64,000 nucleotides of DNA from Eledone cirrhosa. Lineage: Eukaryota. The notes beneath the pieces were generated by a model. The model made no database searches and was not told where the DNA came from. It saw only the letters and a list, made by a program, of their open reading frames with translations. The stretch covers positions 41,044,001 to 41,108,000 of the forward strand of contig OZ024740.1 in assembly GCA_964016885.1 (NCBI GenBank), written 5' to 3'. Shown here piece after piece: positions 15,001-29,044 of this stretch. How positions within the stretch are numbered: position 1 is the first letter of the stretch; each line of letters begins with the position of its first letter. The translations under genes were made by a program, and so were the position numbers.

Positions 15001-18000
15001 ATGTCTTGTTACATCGTATCTTAATGTACTGTCTATATAATGTCTTGTTACACTGTATCTTAAGGTACTGTCTATATAATGTCTTGTTACACTGTATCTT
15101 AAGGTACTGTCTATATAATGTCTTGTTACACTGTATCTTAATGTACTGTCTATATAATGTCTTGTTACACTGTATCTTAAGGTACTGTCTATATAATGTC
15201 TTGTTACACTGTATCTTAATGTACTGTCTACATAATGTCTTGTTACACTGTATCTTAAGGTACTGTCTATATAATGTCTTGTTACACTGTATCTTAAGGT
15301 ACTGTCTACATAATGTCTTGTTAATCTGTATCTTAAGGTATTGTCTATATAATGTCTTGTTACACTGTATCTTAAGGTATTGTCTATATAATGTCTTGTT
15401 ACACTGTATCTTAAGGTATTGTCTATATAATGTCTTGTTACACTGTATCTTATGTTACTGTCTATATAATGTCTTGTTACACTATATCTTAAGGTACTGT
15501 CTATATAATGTCTTGTTACACTGTATCTTAAGGTATTGTATATATAATGTCTTGTTACACTGTATCTTAAGGTACTGTTTATATAATGTCTTGTTACATT
15601 GTATCTTAAGGTATTGTCTATATAATGTCTTGTTACACTGTATCTTAAGGTATTGTCTATATAATGTCTTGTTACACTATATCTTAAGGTACTGTCTATA
15701 TAATGTCTTGTTACACTATATCTTAAGGTACTGTCTATATAATGTCTTGTTACACTGTATCTTAAGGTATTGTATATATAATGTCTTGTTACACTGTATC
15801 TTAAGGTACTGTTTATATAATGTCTTGTTACATTGTATCTTAAGGTATTGTCTATATAATGCCTTGTTACACTGTATCTTAAGGTACTGTCTATATAATG
15901 TCTTGTTACACTGTATCTTAAGGTGCTGTCTATATAATGTCTTGTTACACTGTATCTTAAGGTATTGTCTATATAATGTCTTGTTACACTGTATCTTAGG
16001 GTACTGTCTATATAATGTCTTGTTACACTGTATCTTAGGGTACTGTCTGTATAATGTCTTGTTACACTGTATCTTAAGGTACGTTTTACATAATGTCTTG
16101 TTACACTGTATCTTAAGGTACTGTCTATATAATGTCTTGTTACACTGTATCTTAAGGTACTGTCTATATAATGCCTTGTTACACTGTATCTTAAGGTATT
16201 GTCTATATAATGCCTTGTTACACTGTATCTTAGGGTACTGTCTATATAATGTCTTGTTACACTGTATCTTAAGGTACTGTCTATATAATGTCTTGTTACA
16301 CTGTATCTTAAGGTACTGTCTATATAATGTCTTGTTACACTGTATCTAAAGGTACTGTCTATGTAATGTCTTGTTACACTGTATCTTAAGGTACTGTCTA
16401 TATAATGTCTTGTTACACTGTATCTTAAGGTACTGTCTATATAATGCCTTGTTACACTGTATCTTAAGGTATTGTCTATATAATGCCTTGTTACACTGTA
16501 TCTTAGGGTACTGTCTATATAATGTCTTGTTACACTGTATCTTAGGGTACTGTCTATGTAATGTCTTGTTACACTGTATCTTAAGGTACTGTCTATATAA
16601 TGTCTTGTTACACTGTATCTTAAGGTACTGTCTATATAATGTCTTGTTACATTGTATCTTAATGTACTGTCTATATAATGTCTTGTTACACTGTATCTTA
16701 AGGTACTGTCTATATAATGTCTTGTTACACTGTATCTTAAGGTACTGTCTATATAATGTCTTGTTACACTGTATCTTAAGGTACTGTCTATATAATGTCT
16801 TGTTACACTGTATCTTAAGGTACTGTCTATATAATGTCTTGTTACACTGTATCTTAAGGTACTGTCTACATAATGTCTTGTTAATCTGTATCTTAAGGTA
16901 TTGTCTATATAATGTCTTGTTACACTGTATCTTAAGGTACTGTCTACATAATGTCTTGTTACACTGTATCTTAAGGTACTGTCTACATAATGTCTTGTTA
17001 CACTGTATCTTAAGTTACTGTCTATGTAATGTCTTGTTACACTGTATCTTAAGGTACTGTCTATATAATGTCTTGTTACACTGTATCTTAAGGTACTGTC
17101 TACATAATGTCTTGTTACACTGTATCTTAAGGTACTGTCTATATAATGTCTTGTTACACTGTATCTTAAGGTACTGTCTACATAATGTCTTGTTACACTG
17201 TATCTTAAGGTACTGTCTATATAATGTCTTGTTACACTGTATCTTAAGGTACTGTCTACATAATGTCTTGTTACACTGTATCTTAAGGTACTGTCTACAT
17301 AATATCTTGTTACACTGTATCTTAAATTACTGTCTATGTAATGTCTTGTTACACTGTATCTTAATGTACTGTCTATATAATGTCTTGTTACACTGTATCT
17401 TAAGGTACTGTCTATATAATGTCTTGTTACACTGTAACTTAAGGTACTGTCTATATAATGTCTTGTTACATCGTATCTTAATGTACTGTCTATATAATGT
17501 CTTGTTACACTGTATCTTAAGGTACTGTCTATATAATGTCTTGTTACACTGTATCTTAAGGTACTGTCTATATAATGTCTTGTTACACTGTATCTTAATG
17601 TACTGTCTATATAATGTCTTGTTACACTGTATCTTAAGGTACTGTCTATATAATGTCTTGTTACACTGTATCTTAATGTACTGTCTACATAATGTCTTGT
17701 TACACTGTATCTTAAGGTACTGTCTATATAATGTCTTGTTACACTGTATCTTAAGGTACTGTCTACATAATGTCTTGTTAATCTGTATCTTAAGGTATTG
17801 TCTATATAATGTCTTGTTACACTGTATCTTAAGGTATTGTCTATATAATGTCTTGTTACACTGTATCTTAAGGTATTGTCTATATAATGTCTTGTTACAC
17901 TGTATCTTATGTTACTGTCTATATAATGTCTTGTTACACTATATCTTAAGGTACTGTCTATATAATGTCTTGTTACACTGTATCTTAAGGTATTGTATAT

Positions 18001-21000
18001 ATAATGTCTTGTTACACTGTATCTTAAGGTACTGTTTATATAATGTCTTGTTACATTGTATCTTAAGGTATTGTCTATATAATGTCTTGTTACACTGTAT
18101 CTTAAGGTATTGTCTATATAATGTCTTGTTACACTATATCTTAAGTTACTGTCTATATAATGTCTTGTTACACTGTATCTTAAGTTACTGTCTATATAAT
18201 GTCTTGTTACACTGTATCTTAAGGTACTGTCTATATAATGTCTTGTTAATCTGTATCTTAAGGTATTGTCTATATAATGTCTTGTTACACTGTATCTTAA
18301 GGTACTGTCTATATAATGCCTTGTTACACTGTATCTTAAGGTACTGTCTATATAATGCCTTGTTACACTGTATCTTAAGGTATTGTCTATATAATGTCTT
18401 GTTACACTGTATCTTAAGGTATTGTCTATATAATGTCTTGTTACACTGTATCTTAGGGTATTGTCTATATAATGTCTTGTTACACTGTATCTTAAGGTAC
18501 TGTCTGTATAATGTCTTGTTACACTGTATCTTAAGGTATTGTCTATATAATATCTTGTTACACTGTATCTTAAGTTACTGTCTATGTAATGTCTTGTTAC
18601 ACTGTATCTTAAGGTACTGTCTATATAATGTCTTGTTACACTGTATCTTAAGGTACTGTCTATATAATGTCTTGTTACACTGTATCTTAAGGTACTGTCT
18701 ATATAATCTCTTGTTGCACTGTATCTTAAGGTACTGTCTATATAATGTCTTGTTACACTGTATCTTAAGGTACTGTCTATATGTCTTGTTACACTGTATC
18801 TTAAGGTACTGTCTATATAATGTCTTGTTACACTGTATCTTAAGGTACTGTCTATATAATGTCTTGTTACACTGTATCTTAAGGTACTGTCTATATAATG
18901 TCTTGTTACACTGTATCTTAAGGTACTGTCTATATAATGTCTTGTTACACTGTATCTTAAGGTACTGTCTACATAATGTCTTGTTAATCTGTATCTTAAG
19001 GTATTGTCTATATAATGTCTTGTTACACTGTATCTTAAGGTATTGTCTATATAATGTCTTGTTACACTGTATCTTAAGTTACTGTCTATGTAATGTCTTG
19101 TTACACTGTATCTTAAGGTATTGTCTATATAATGTCTTGTTACACTGTATCTTAAGGTACTGTCTATATAATGTCTTGTTACACTGTATCTTAAGTTACT
19201 GTCTATATAATGTCTTGTTACACTGTATCTTAAGGTACTGTCTATATAATGTCTTGTTAATCTGTATCTTAAGGTATTGTCTATATAATGTCTTGTTACA
19301 CTGTATCTTAAGGTACTGTCTATATAATGTCTTGTTACACTGTATCTTAAGGTACTGTCTATATAATGCCTTGTTACACTGTATCTTAAGGTATTGTCTA
19401 TATAATGTCTTGTTACACTGTATCTTAGGGTATTGTCTATATAATGTCTTGTTACACTGTATCTTAAGGTACTGTCTGTATAATGTCTTGTTACACTGTA
19501 TCTTAAGGTATTGTCTATATAATATCTTGTTACACTGTATCTTAAGTTACTGTCTATGTAATGTCTTGTTACACTGTATCTTAAGGTACTGTCTATATAA
19601 TGTCTTGTTACACTGTATCTTAAGGTACTGTCTATATAATGTCTTGTTACACTGTATCTTAAGGTACTGTCTATATAATGTCTTGTTACACTGTATCTTA
19701 AGGTACTGTCTATATAATGTCTTGTTACACTGTATCTTAAGGTAGTGTATATATAATGTCTTGTTACACTGTATCTTAAGGTACTGTCTATATAATGTCT
19801 TGTTACACTATATCTTAAGGTACTGTCTATATAATGTCTTGTTACACTGTATCTTAAGGTATTGTATATATAATGTCTTGTTACACTGTATCTTAAGGTA
19901 CTGTTTATATAATGTCTTGTTACATTGTATCTTAAGGTATTGTCTATATAATGCCTTGTTACACTGTATCTTAAGGTACTGTCTATATAATGTCTTGTTA
20001 CACTGTATCTTAAGGTACTGTCTATATAATGTCTTGTTACACTGTATCTTAAGGTACTGTCTATATAATGTCTTGTTACACTGTATCTTAAGGTACTGTC
20101 TATATAATGTCTTGTTACACTGTATCTTAAGGTACTGTCTATATAATGTCTTGTTACATTGTATCTTAAGGTACTGTCTACATAATGTCTTGTTAATCTG
20201 TATCTTAATGTATTGTCTATATAATGTCTTGTTACACTGTATCTTAAGGTATTGTCTATATAATGTCTTGTTACACTGTATCTTAAGTTACTGTCTATGT
20301 AATGTCTTGTTACACTGTATCTTAAGGTATTGTCTATATAATGTCTTGTTACACTGTATCTTAAGGTACTGTCTATATAATGTCTTGTTACACTGTATCT
20401 TAAGGTATTGTCTATATAATGTCTTGTTACACTGTATCTTAAGGTACTGTCTATATAATGTCTTGTTACACTGTATCTTAAGGTACTGTCTATATAATGT
20501 CTTGTTACACTGTATCTTAAGGTATTGTATATATAATGTCTTGTTACACTGTATCTTAAGGTACTGTCTATATAATGTCTTGTTACACTATATCTTAAGG
20601 TACTGTCTATATAATGTCTTGTTACACTGTATCTTAAGGTATTGTATATATAATGTCTTGTTACACTGTATCTTAAGGTACTGTTTATATAATGTCTTGT
20701 TACATTGTATCTTAAGGTATTGTCTATATAATGCCTTGTTACACTGTATCTTAAGGTACTCTCTATATAATGTCTTGTTACACTGTATCTTAAGATACTG
20801 TCTATATAATGTCTTGTTATACTGTATCTTAAGGTACTGTCTATATAATGTCTTGTTACACTGTATCTTAAGGTATTGTCCACATAATGTCTTGTTACAC
20901 TGTATCTTAGGGTACTGTCTGTATAATGTCTTGTTACACTGTATCTTAAGGTACGTTTTACATAATGTCTTGTTACACTGTATCTTAAGGTACTGTCTAT

Positions 21001-24000
21001 ATAATGTCTTGTTACACTGTATCTTAAGGTACTGTCTATATAATGCCTTGTTACACTGTATCTTAAGGTATTGTCTATATAATGCCTTGTTACACTGTAT
21101 CTTAGGGTACTGTCTATATAATGTCTTGTTACACTGTATCTTAAGGTACTGTCTATATAATGTCTTGTTACACTGTATCTTAAGGTACTGTCTATATAAT
21201 GTCTTGTTACACTGTATCTTAAGGTAATGTCTATGTAATGTCTTGTTACACTGTATCTTAAGGTACTGTCTATATAATGTCTTGTTACACTGTATCTTAA
21301 GCTACTGTCTATATAATGCCTTGTTACACTGTATCTTAAGGTATTGTCTATATAATGCCTTGTTACACTGTATCTTAGGGTACTGTCTATATAATGTCTT
21401 GTTACACTGTATCTTAGGGTACTGTCTATGTAATGTCTTGTTACACTGTATCTTAAGGTACGTTTTACATAATGTCTTGTTACACTGTATCTTAAGGTAC
21501 TGTCTATATAATGTCTTGTTACACTGTATCTTAAGGTACTGTCTATATAATGCCTTGTTACACTGTATCTTAAGGTATTGTCTATATAATGCCTTGTTAC
21601 ACTGTATCTTAGGGTACTGTCTATATAATGTCTTGTTACACTGTATCTTAAGGTACTGTCTATATAATGTCTTGTTACACTGTATCTTAAGGTACTGTCT
21701 ATATAATGTCTTGTTACACTGTATCTTAAGGTAATGTCTATGTAATGTCTTGTTACACTGTATCTTAAGGTACTGTCTATATAATGTCTTGTTACACTGT
21801 ATCTTAAGGTATTGTCTATATAATGTCTTGTTACACTGTATCTTAAGGTATTGTCTATATAATGCCTTGTTACACTGTATCTTAGGGTACTGTCTATATA
21901 ATGTCTTGTTACACTGTATCTTAGGGTACTGTCTATATAATGTCTTGTTACACTGTATCTTAAGGTACTGTCTATATAATGTCTTGTTACACTGTATCTT
22001 AAGGTACTGTCTATATAATGTCTTGTTACATTGTATCTTAATGTACTGTCTATATAATGTCTTGTTACACTGTATCTTAAGGTACTGTCTATATAATGTC
22101 TTGTTACACTGTATCTTAAGGTACTGTCTATATAATGTCTTGTTACACTGTATCTTAAGGTACTGTCTATATAATGTCTTGTTACACTGTATCTTAAGGT
22201 ACTGTTTATATAATGTCTTGTTACACTGTATCTTAAGGTACTGTCTACATAATGTCTTGTTACACTGTATCTTAAGGTACTGTCTATATAATGTCTTGTT
22301 ACACTGTATCTTAAGGTACTGTCTATATAATGTCTTGTTACATTGTATCTTAAGGTACTGTCTACATAATGTCTTGTTAATCTGTATCTTAAGGTATTGT
22401 CTATATAATGTCTTGTTACACTGTATCTTAAGGTATTGTCTATATAATGTCTTGTTACACTGTATCTTAAGTTACTGTCTATGTAATGTCTTGTTACACT
22501 GTATCTTAAGGTATTGTCTATATAATGTCTTGTTACACTGTATCTTAAGGTACTGTCTATATAATGTCTTGTTCCACTGTATCTTAAGGTATTGTCTATA
22601 TAATGTCTTGTTACACTGTATCTTAAGGTATTGTCTATATAATGTCTTGTTACACTGTATCTTAAGGTACTGTCTATATAATGTCTTGTTACACTGTATC
22701 TTAAGGTACTGTCTATATAATGTCTTGTTACACTGTATCTTAAGGTATTGTATATATAATGTCTTGTTACACTGTATCTTAAGGTACTGTCTATATAATG
22801 TCTTGTTACACTATATCTTAAGGTACTGTCTATATAATGTCTTGTTACACTGTATCTTAAGGTATTGTATATATAATGTCTTGTTACACTGTATCTTAAG
22901 GTACTGTTTATATAATGTCTTGTTACATTGTATCTTAAGGTATTGTCTATATAATGCCTTGTTACACTGTATCTTAAGGTACTCTCTATATAATGTCTTG
23001 TTACACTGTATCTTAAGATACTGTCTATATAATGTCTTGTTATACTGTATCTTAAGGTACTGTCTATATAATGTCTTGTTACACTGTATCTTAAGGTATT
23101 GTCCACATAATGTCTTGTTACACTGTATCTTAGGGTACTGTCTGTATAATGTCTTGTTACACTGTATCTTAAGGTACGTTTTACATAATGTCTTGTTACA
23201 CTGTATCTTAAGGTACTGTCTATATAATGTCTTGTTACACTGTATCTTAAGGTACTGTCTATATAATGCCTTGTTACACTGTATCTTAAGGTATTGTCTA
23301 TATAATGCCTTGTTACACTGTATCTTAGGGTACTGTCTATATAATGTCTTGTTACACTGTATCTTAAGGTACTGTCTATATAATGTCTTGTTACACTGTA
23401 TCTTAAGGTACTGTCTATATAATGTCTTGTTACACTGTATCTAAAGGTACTGTCTATGTAATGTCTTGTTACACTGTATCTTAAGGTACTGTCTATATAA
23501 TGTCTTGTTACACTGTATCTTAAGGTACTGTCTATATAATGCCTTGTTACACTGTATCTTAAGGTATTGTCTATATAATGCCTTGTTACACTGTATCTTA
23601 GGGTACTGTCTATATAATGTCTTGTTACACTGTATCTTAGGGTACTGTCTATGTAATGTCTTGTTACACTGTATCTTAAGGTACTGTCTATATAATGTCT
23701 TGTTACACTGTATCTTAAGGTACTGTCTATATAATGTCTTGTTACATTGTATCTTAATGTACTGTCTATATAATGTCTTGTTACACTGTATCTTAAGGTA
23801 CTGTCTATATAATGTCTTGTTACACTGTATCTTAAGGTACTGTCTATATAATGTCTTGTTACACTGTATCTTAAGGTACTGTCTATATAATGTCTTGTTA
23901 CACTGTATCTTAAGGTACTGTCTATATAATGTCTTGTTATACTGTATCTTAAGGTACTGTCTATATAATGTCTTGTTACACTGTATCTTAAGGTATTGTC

Positions 24001-27000
24001 CACATAATGTCTTGTTACACTGTATCTTAGGGTACTGTCTGTATAATGTCTTGTTACACTGTATCTTAAGGTACGTTTTACATAATGTCTTGTTACACTG
24101 TATCTTAAGGTACTGTCTATATAATGTCTTGTTACACTGTATCTTAAGGTACTGTCTATATAATGCCTTGTTACACTGTATCTTAAGGTATTGTCTATAT
24201 AATGCCTTGTTACACTGTATCTTAGGGTACTGTCTATATAATGTCTTGTTACACTGTATCTTAAGGTACTGTCTATATAATGTCTTGTTACACTGTATCT
24301 TAAGGTACTGTCTATATAATGTCTTGTTACACTGTATCTAAAGGTACTGTCTATGTAATGTCTTGTTACACTGTATCTTAAGGTACTGTCTATATAATGT
24401 CTTGTTACACTGTATCTTAAGGTACTGTCTATATAATGCCTTGTTACACTGTATCTTAAGGTATTGTCTATATAATGCCTTGTTACACTGTATCTTAGGG
24501 TACTGTCTATATAATGTCTTGTTACACTGTATCTTAGGGTACTGTCTATGTAATGTCTTGTTACACTGTATCTTAAGGTACTGTCTATATAATGTCTTGT
24601 TACACTGTATCTTAAGGTACTGTCTATATAATGTCTTGTTACATTGTATCTTAATGTACTGTCTATATAATGTCTTGTTACACTGTATCTTAAGGTACTG
24701 TCTATATAATGTCTTGTTACACTGTATCTTAAGGTACTGTCTATATAATGTCTTGTTACACTGTATCTTAAGGTACTGTCTATATAATGTCTTGTTACAC
24801 TGTATCTTAAGGTACTGTCTATATAATGTCTTGTTACACTGTATCTTAAGGTACTGTCTACATAATGTCTTGTTAATCTGTATCTTAAGGTATTGTCTAT
24901 ATAATGTCTTGTTACACTGTATCTTAAGGTACTGTCTACATAATGTCTTGTTACACTGTATCTTAAGGTACTGTCTACATAATGTCTTGTTACACTGTAT
25001 CTTAAGTTACTGTCTATGTAATGTCTTGTTACACTGTATCTTAAGGTACTGTCTATATAATGTCTTGTTACACTGTATCTTAAGGTACTGTCTACATAAT
25101 GTCTTGTTACACTGTATCTTAAGGTACTGTCTATATAATGTCTTGTTACACTGTATCTTAAGGTACTGTCTACATAATGTCTTGTTACACTGTATCTTAA
25201 GGTACTGTCTATATAATGTCTTGTTACACTGTATCTTAAGGTACTGTCTACATAATGTCTTGTTACACTGTATCTTAAGGTACTGTCTACATAATATCTT
25301 GTTACACTGTATCTTAAATTACTGTCTATGTAATGTCTTGTTACACTGTATCTTAATGTACTGTCTATATAATGTCTTGTTACACTGTATCTTAAGGTAC
25401 TGTCTATATAATGTCTTGTTACACTGTAACTTAAGGTACTGTCTATATAATGTCTTGTTACATCGTATCTTAATGTACTGTCTATATAATGTCTTGTTAC
25501 ACTGTATCTTAAGGTACTGTCTATATAATGTCTTGTTACACTGTATCTTAAGGTACTGTCTATATAATGTCTTGTTACACTGTATCTTAATGTACTGTCT
25601 ATATAATGTCTTGTTACACTGTATCTTAAGGTACTGTCTATATAATGTCTTGTTACACTGTATCTTAATGTACTGTCTACATAATGTCTTGTTACACTGT
25701 ATCTTAAGGTACTGTCTATATAATGTCTTGTTACACTGTATCTTAAGGTACTGTCTACATAATGTCTTGTTAATCTGTATCTTAAGGTATTGTCTATATA
25801 ATGTCTTGTTACACTGTATCTTAAGGTATTGTCTATATAATGTCTTGTTACACTGTATCTTAAGGTATTGTCTATATAATGTCTTGTTACACTGTATCTT
25901 ATGTTACTGTCTATATAATGTCTTGTTACACTATATCTTAAGGTACTGTCTATATAATGTCTTGTTACACTGTATCTTAAGGTATTGTATATATAATGTC
26001 TTGTTACACTGTATCTTAAGGTACTGTTTATATAATGTCTTGTTACATTGTATCTTAAGGTATTGTCTATATAATGTCTTGTTACACTGTATCTTAAGGT
26101 ATTGTCTATATAATGTCTTGTTACACTATATCTTAAGGTACTGTCTATATAATGTCTTGTTACACTATATCTTAAGGTACTGTCTATATAATGTCTTGTT
26201 ACACTGTATCTTAAGGTATTGTATATATAATGTCTTGTTACACTGTATCTTAAGGTACTGTTTATATAATGTCTTGTTACATTGTATCTTAAGGTATTGT
26301 CTATATAATGCCTTGTTACACTGTATCTTAAGGTACTGTCTATATAATGTCTTGTTACACTGTATCTTAAGGTGCTGTCTATATAATGTCTTGTTACACT
26401 GTATCTTAAGGTATTGTCTATATAATGTCTTGTTACACTGTATCTTAGGGTACTGTCTATATAATGTCTTGTTACACTGTATCTTAGGGTACTGTCTGTA
26501 TAATGTCTTGTTACACTGTATCTTAAGGTACGTTTTACATAATGTCTTGTTACACTGTATCTTAAGGTACTGTCTATATAATGTCTTGTTACACTGTATC
26601 TTAAGGTACTGTCTATATAATGCCTTGTTACACTGTATCTTAAGGTATTGTCTATATAATGCCTTGTTACACTGTATCTTAGGGTACTGTCTATATAATG
26701 TCTTGTTACACTGTATCTTAAGGTACTGTCTATATAATGTCTTGTTACACTGTATCTTAAGGTACTGTCTATATAATGTCTTGTTACACTGTATCTAAAG
26801 GTACTGTCTATGTAATGTCTTGTTACACTGTATCTTAAGGTACTGTCTATATAATGTCTTGTTACACTGTATCTTAAGGTACTGTCTATATAATGCCTTG
26901 TTACACTGTATCTTAAGGTATTGTCTATATAATGCCTTGTTACACTGTATCTTCGGGTACTGTCTATATAATGTCTTGTTACACTGTATCTTAGGGTACT

Positions 27001-28919
27001 GTCTATGTAATGTCTTGTTACACTGTATCTTAAGGTACTGTCTATATAATGTCTTGTTACACTGTATCTTAAGGTACTGTCTATATAATGTCTTGTTACA
27101 TTGTATCTTAATGTACTGTCTATATAATGTCTTGTTACACTGTATCTTAAGGTACTGTCTATATAATGTCTTGTTACACTGTATCTTAAGGTACTGTCTA
27201 TATAATGTCTTGTTACACTGTATCTTAAGGTACTGTCTATATAATGTCTTGTTACACTGTATCTTAAGGTACTGTCTATATAATGTCTTGTTACACTGTA
27301 TCTTAAGGTACTGTCTACATAATGTCTTGTTAATCTGTATCTTAAGGTATTGTCTATATAATGTCTTGTTACACTGTATCTTAAGGTACTGTCTACATAA
27401 TGTCTTGTTACACTGTATCTTAAGGTACTGTCTACATAATGTCTTGTTACACTGTATCTTAAGTTACTGTCTATGTAATGTCTTGTTACACTGTATCTTA
27501 AGGTACTGTCTATATAATGTCTTGTTACACTGTATCTTAAGGTACTGTCTACATAATGTCTTGTTACACTGTATCTTAAGGTACTGTCTATATAATGTCT
27601 TGTTACACTGTATCTTAAGGTACTGTCTACATAATGTCTTGTTACACTGTATCTTAAGGTACTGTCTATATAATGTCTTGTTACACTGTATCTTAAGGTA
27701 CTGTCTACATAATGTCTTGTTACACTGTATCTTAAGGTACTGTCTACATAATATCTTGTTACACTGTATCTTAAATTACTGTCTATGTAATGTCTTGTTA
27801 CACTGTATCTTAATGTACTGTCTATATAATGTCTTGTTACACTGTATCTTAAGGTACTGTCTATATAATGTCTTGTTACACTGTAACTTAAGGTACTGTC
27901 TATATAATGTCTTGTTACATCGTATCTTAATGTACTGTCTATATAATGTCTTGTTACACTGTATCTTAAGGTACTGTCTATATAATGTCTTGTTACACTG
28001 TATCTTAAGGTACTGTCTATATAATGTCTTGTTACACTGTATCTTAATGTACTGTCTATATAATGTCTTGTTACACTGTATCTTAAGGTACTGTCTATAT
28101 AATGTCTTGTTACACTGTATCTTAATGTACTGTCTACATAATGTCTTGTTACACTGTATCTTAAGGTACTGTCTATATAATGTCTTGTTACACTGTATCT
28201 TAAGGTACTGTCTACATAATGTCTTGTTAATCTGTATCTTAAGGTATTGTCTATATAATGTCTTGTTACACTGTATCTTAAGGTATTGTCTATATAATGT
28301 CTTGTTACACTGTATCTTAAGGTATTGTCTATATAATGTCTTGTTACACTGTATCTTATGTTACTGTCTATATAATGTCTTGTTACACTATATCTTAAGG
28401 TACTGTCTATATAATGTCTTGTTACACTGTATCTTAAGGTATTGTATATATAATGTCTTGTTACACTGTATCTTAAGGTACTGTTTATATAATGTCTTGT
28501 TACATTGTATCTTAAGGTATTGTCTATATAATGTCTTGTTACACTGTATCTTAAGGTATTGTCTATATAATGTCTTGTTACACTATATCTTAAGGTACTG
28601 TCTATATAATGTCTTGTTACACTATATCTTAAGGTACTGTCTATATAATGTCTTGTTACACTGTATCTTAAGGTATTGTATATATAATGTCTTGTTACAC
28701 TGTATCTTAAGGTACTGTTTATATAATGTCTTGTTACATTGTATCTTAAGGTATTGTCTATATAATGCCTTGTTACACTGTATCTTAAGGTACTGTCTAT
28801 ATAATGTCTTGTTACACTGTATCTTAAGGTGCTGTCTATATAATGTCTTGTTACACTGTATCTTAAGGTATTGTCTATATAATGTCTTGTTACACTGTAT
28901 CTTAAGGTAATGTCTACAT
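1..28919. repeat. 39-bp tandem satellite (TACACTGTATCTTAAGGTACTGTCTATATAATGTCTTGT), about 740 copies in the window, continuing off the left edge; intronic to the DESI1-like gene
   Basis: Unit read directly. The period is 39 throughout apart from three 3-bp deletions (~5410, ~7709, ~18783). The array ends at ...CTTAAGGTAATGTCTACAT near 28919. Confidence 0.99.
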
Positions 28920-29044
28920 GATAACTAGGCTGATTAGGAAGAGGCAATCTCCTTCATATTACACCCTACTGTCTTAAGCTTTTAACTTCCTGAAATGAAC
29001 CCTAGTTCTATAATAAAAAAATTGTGTGTTTTAAAATATTTATC

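Noticed and set aside
36-28910. Many long plus-strand ORFs of (HCILRYCLYNVLL)n
   Set aside because: They follow from a 39-bp unit with no stop in that frame; starts are TTG, stops recur, there are no unique domains, and the region is intronic.
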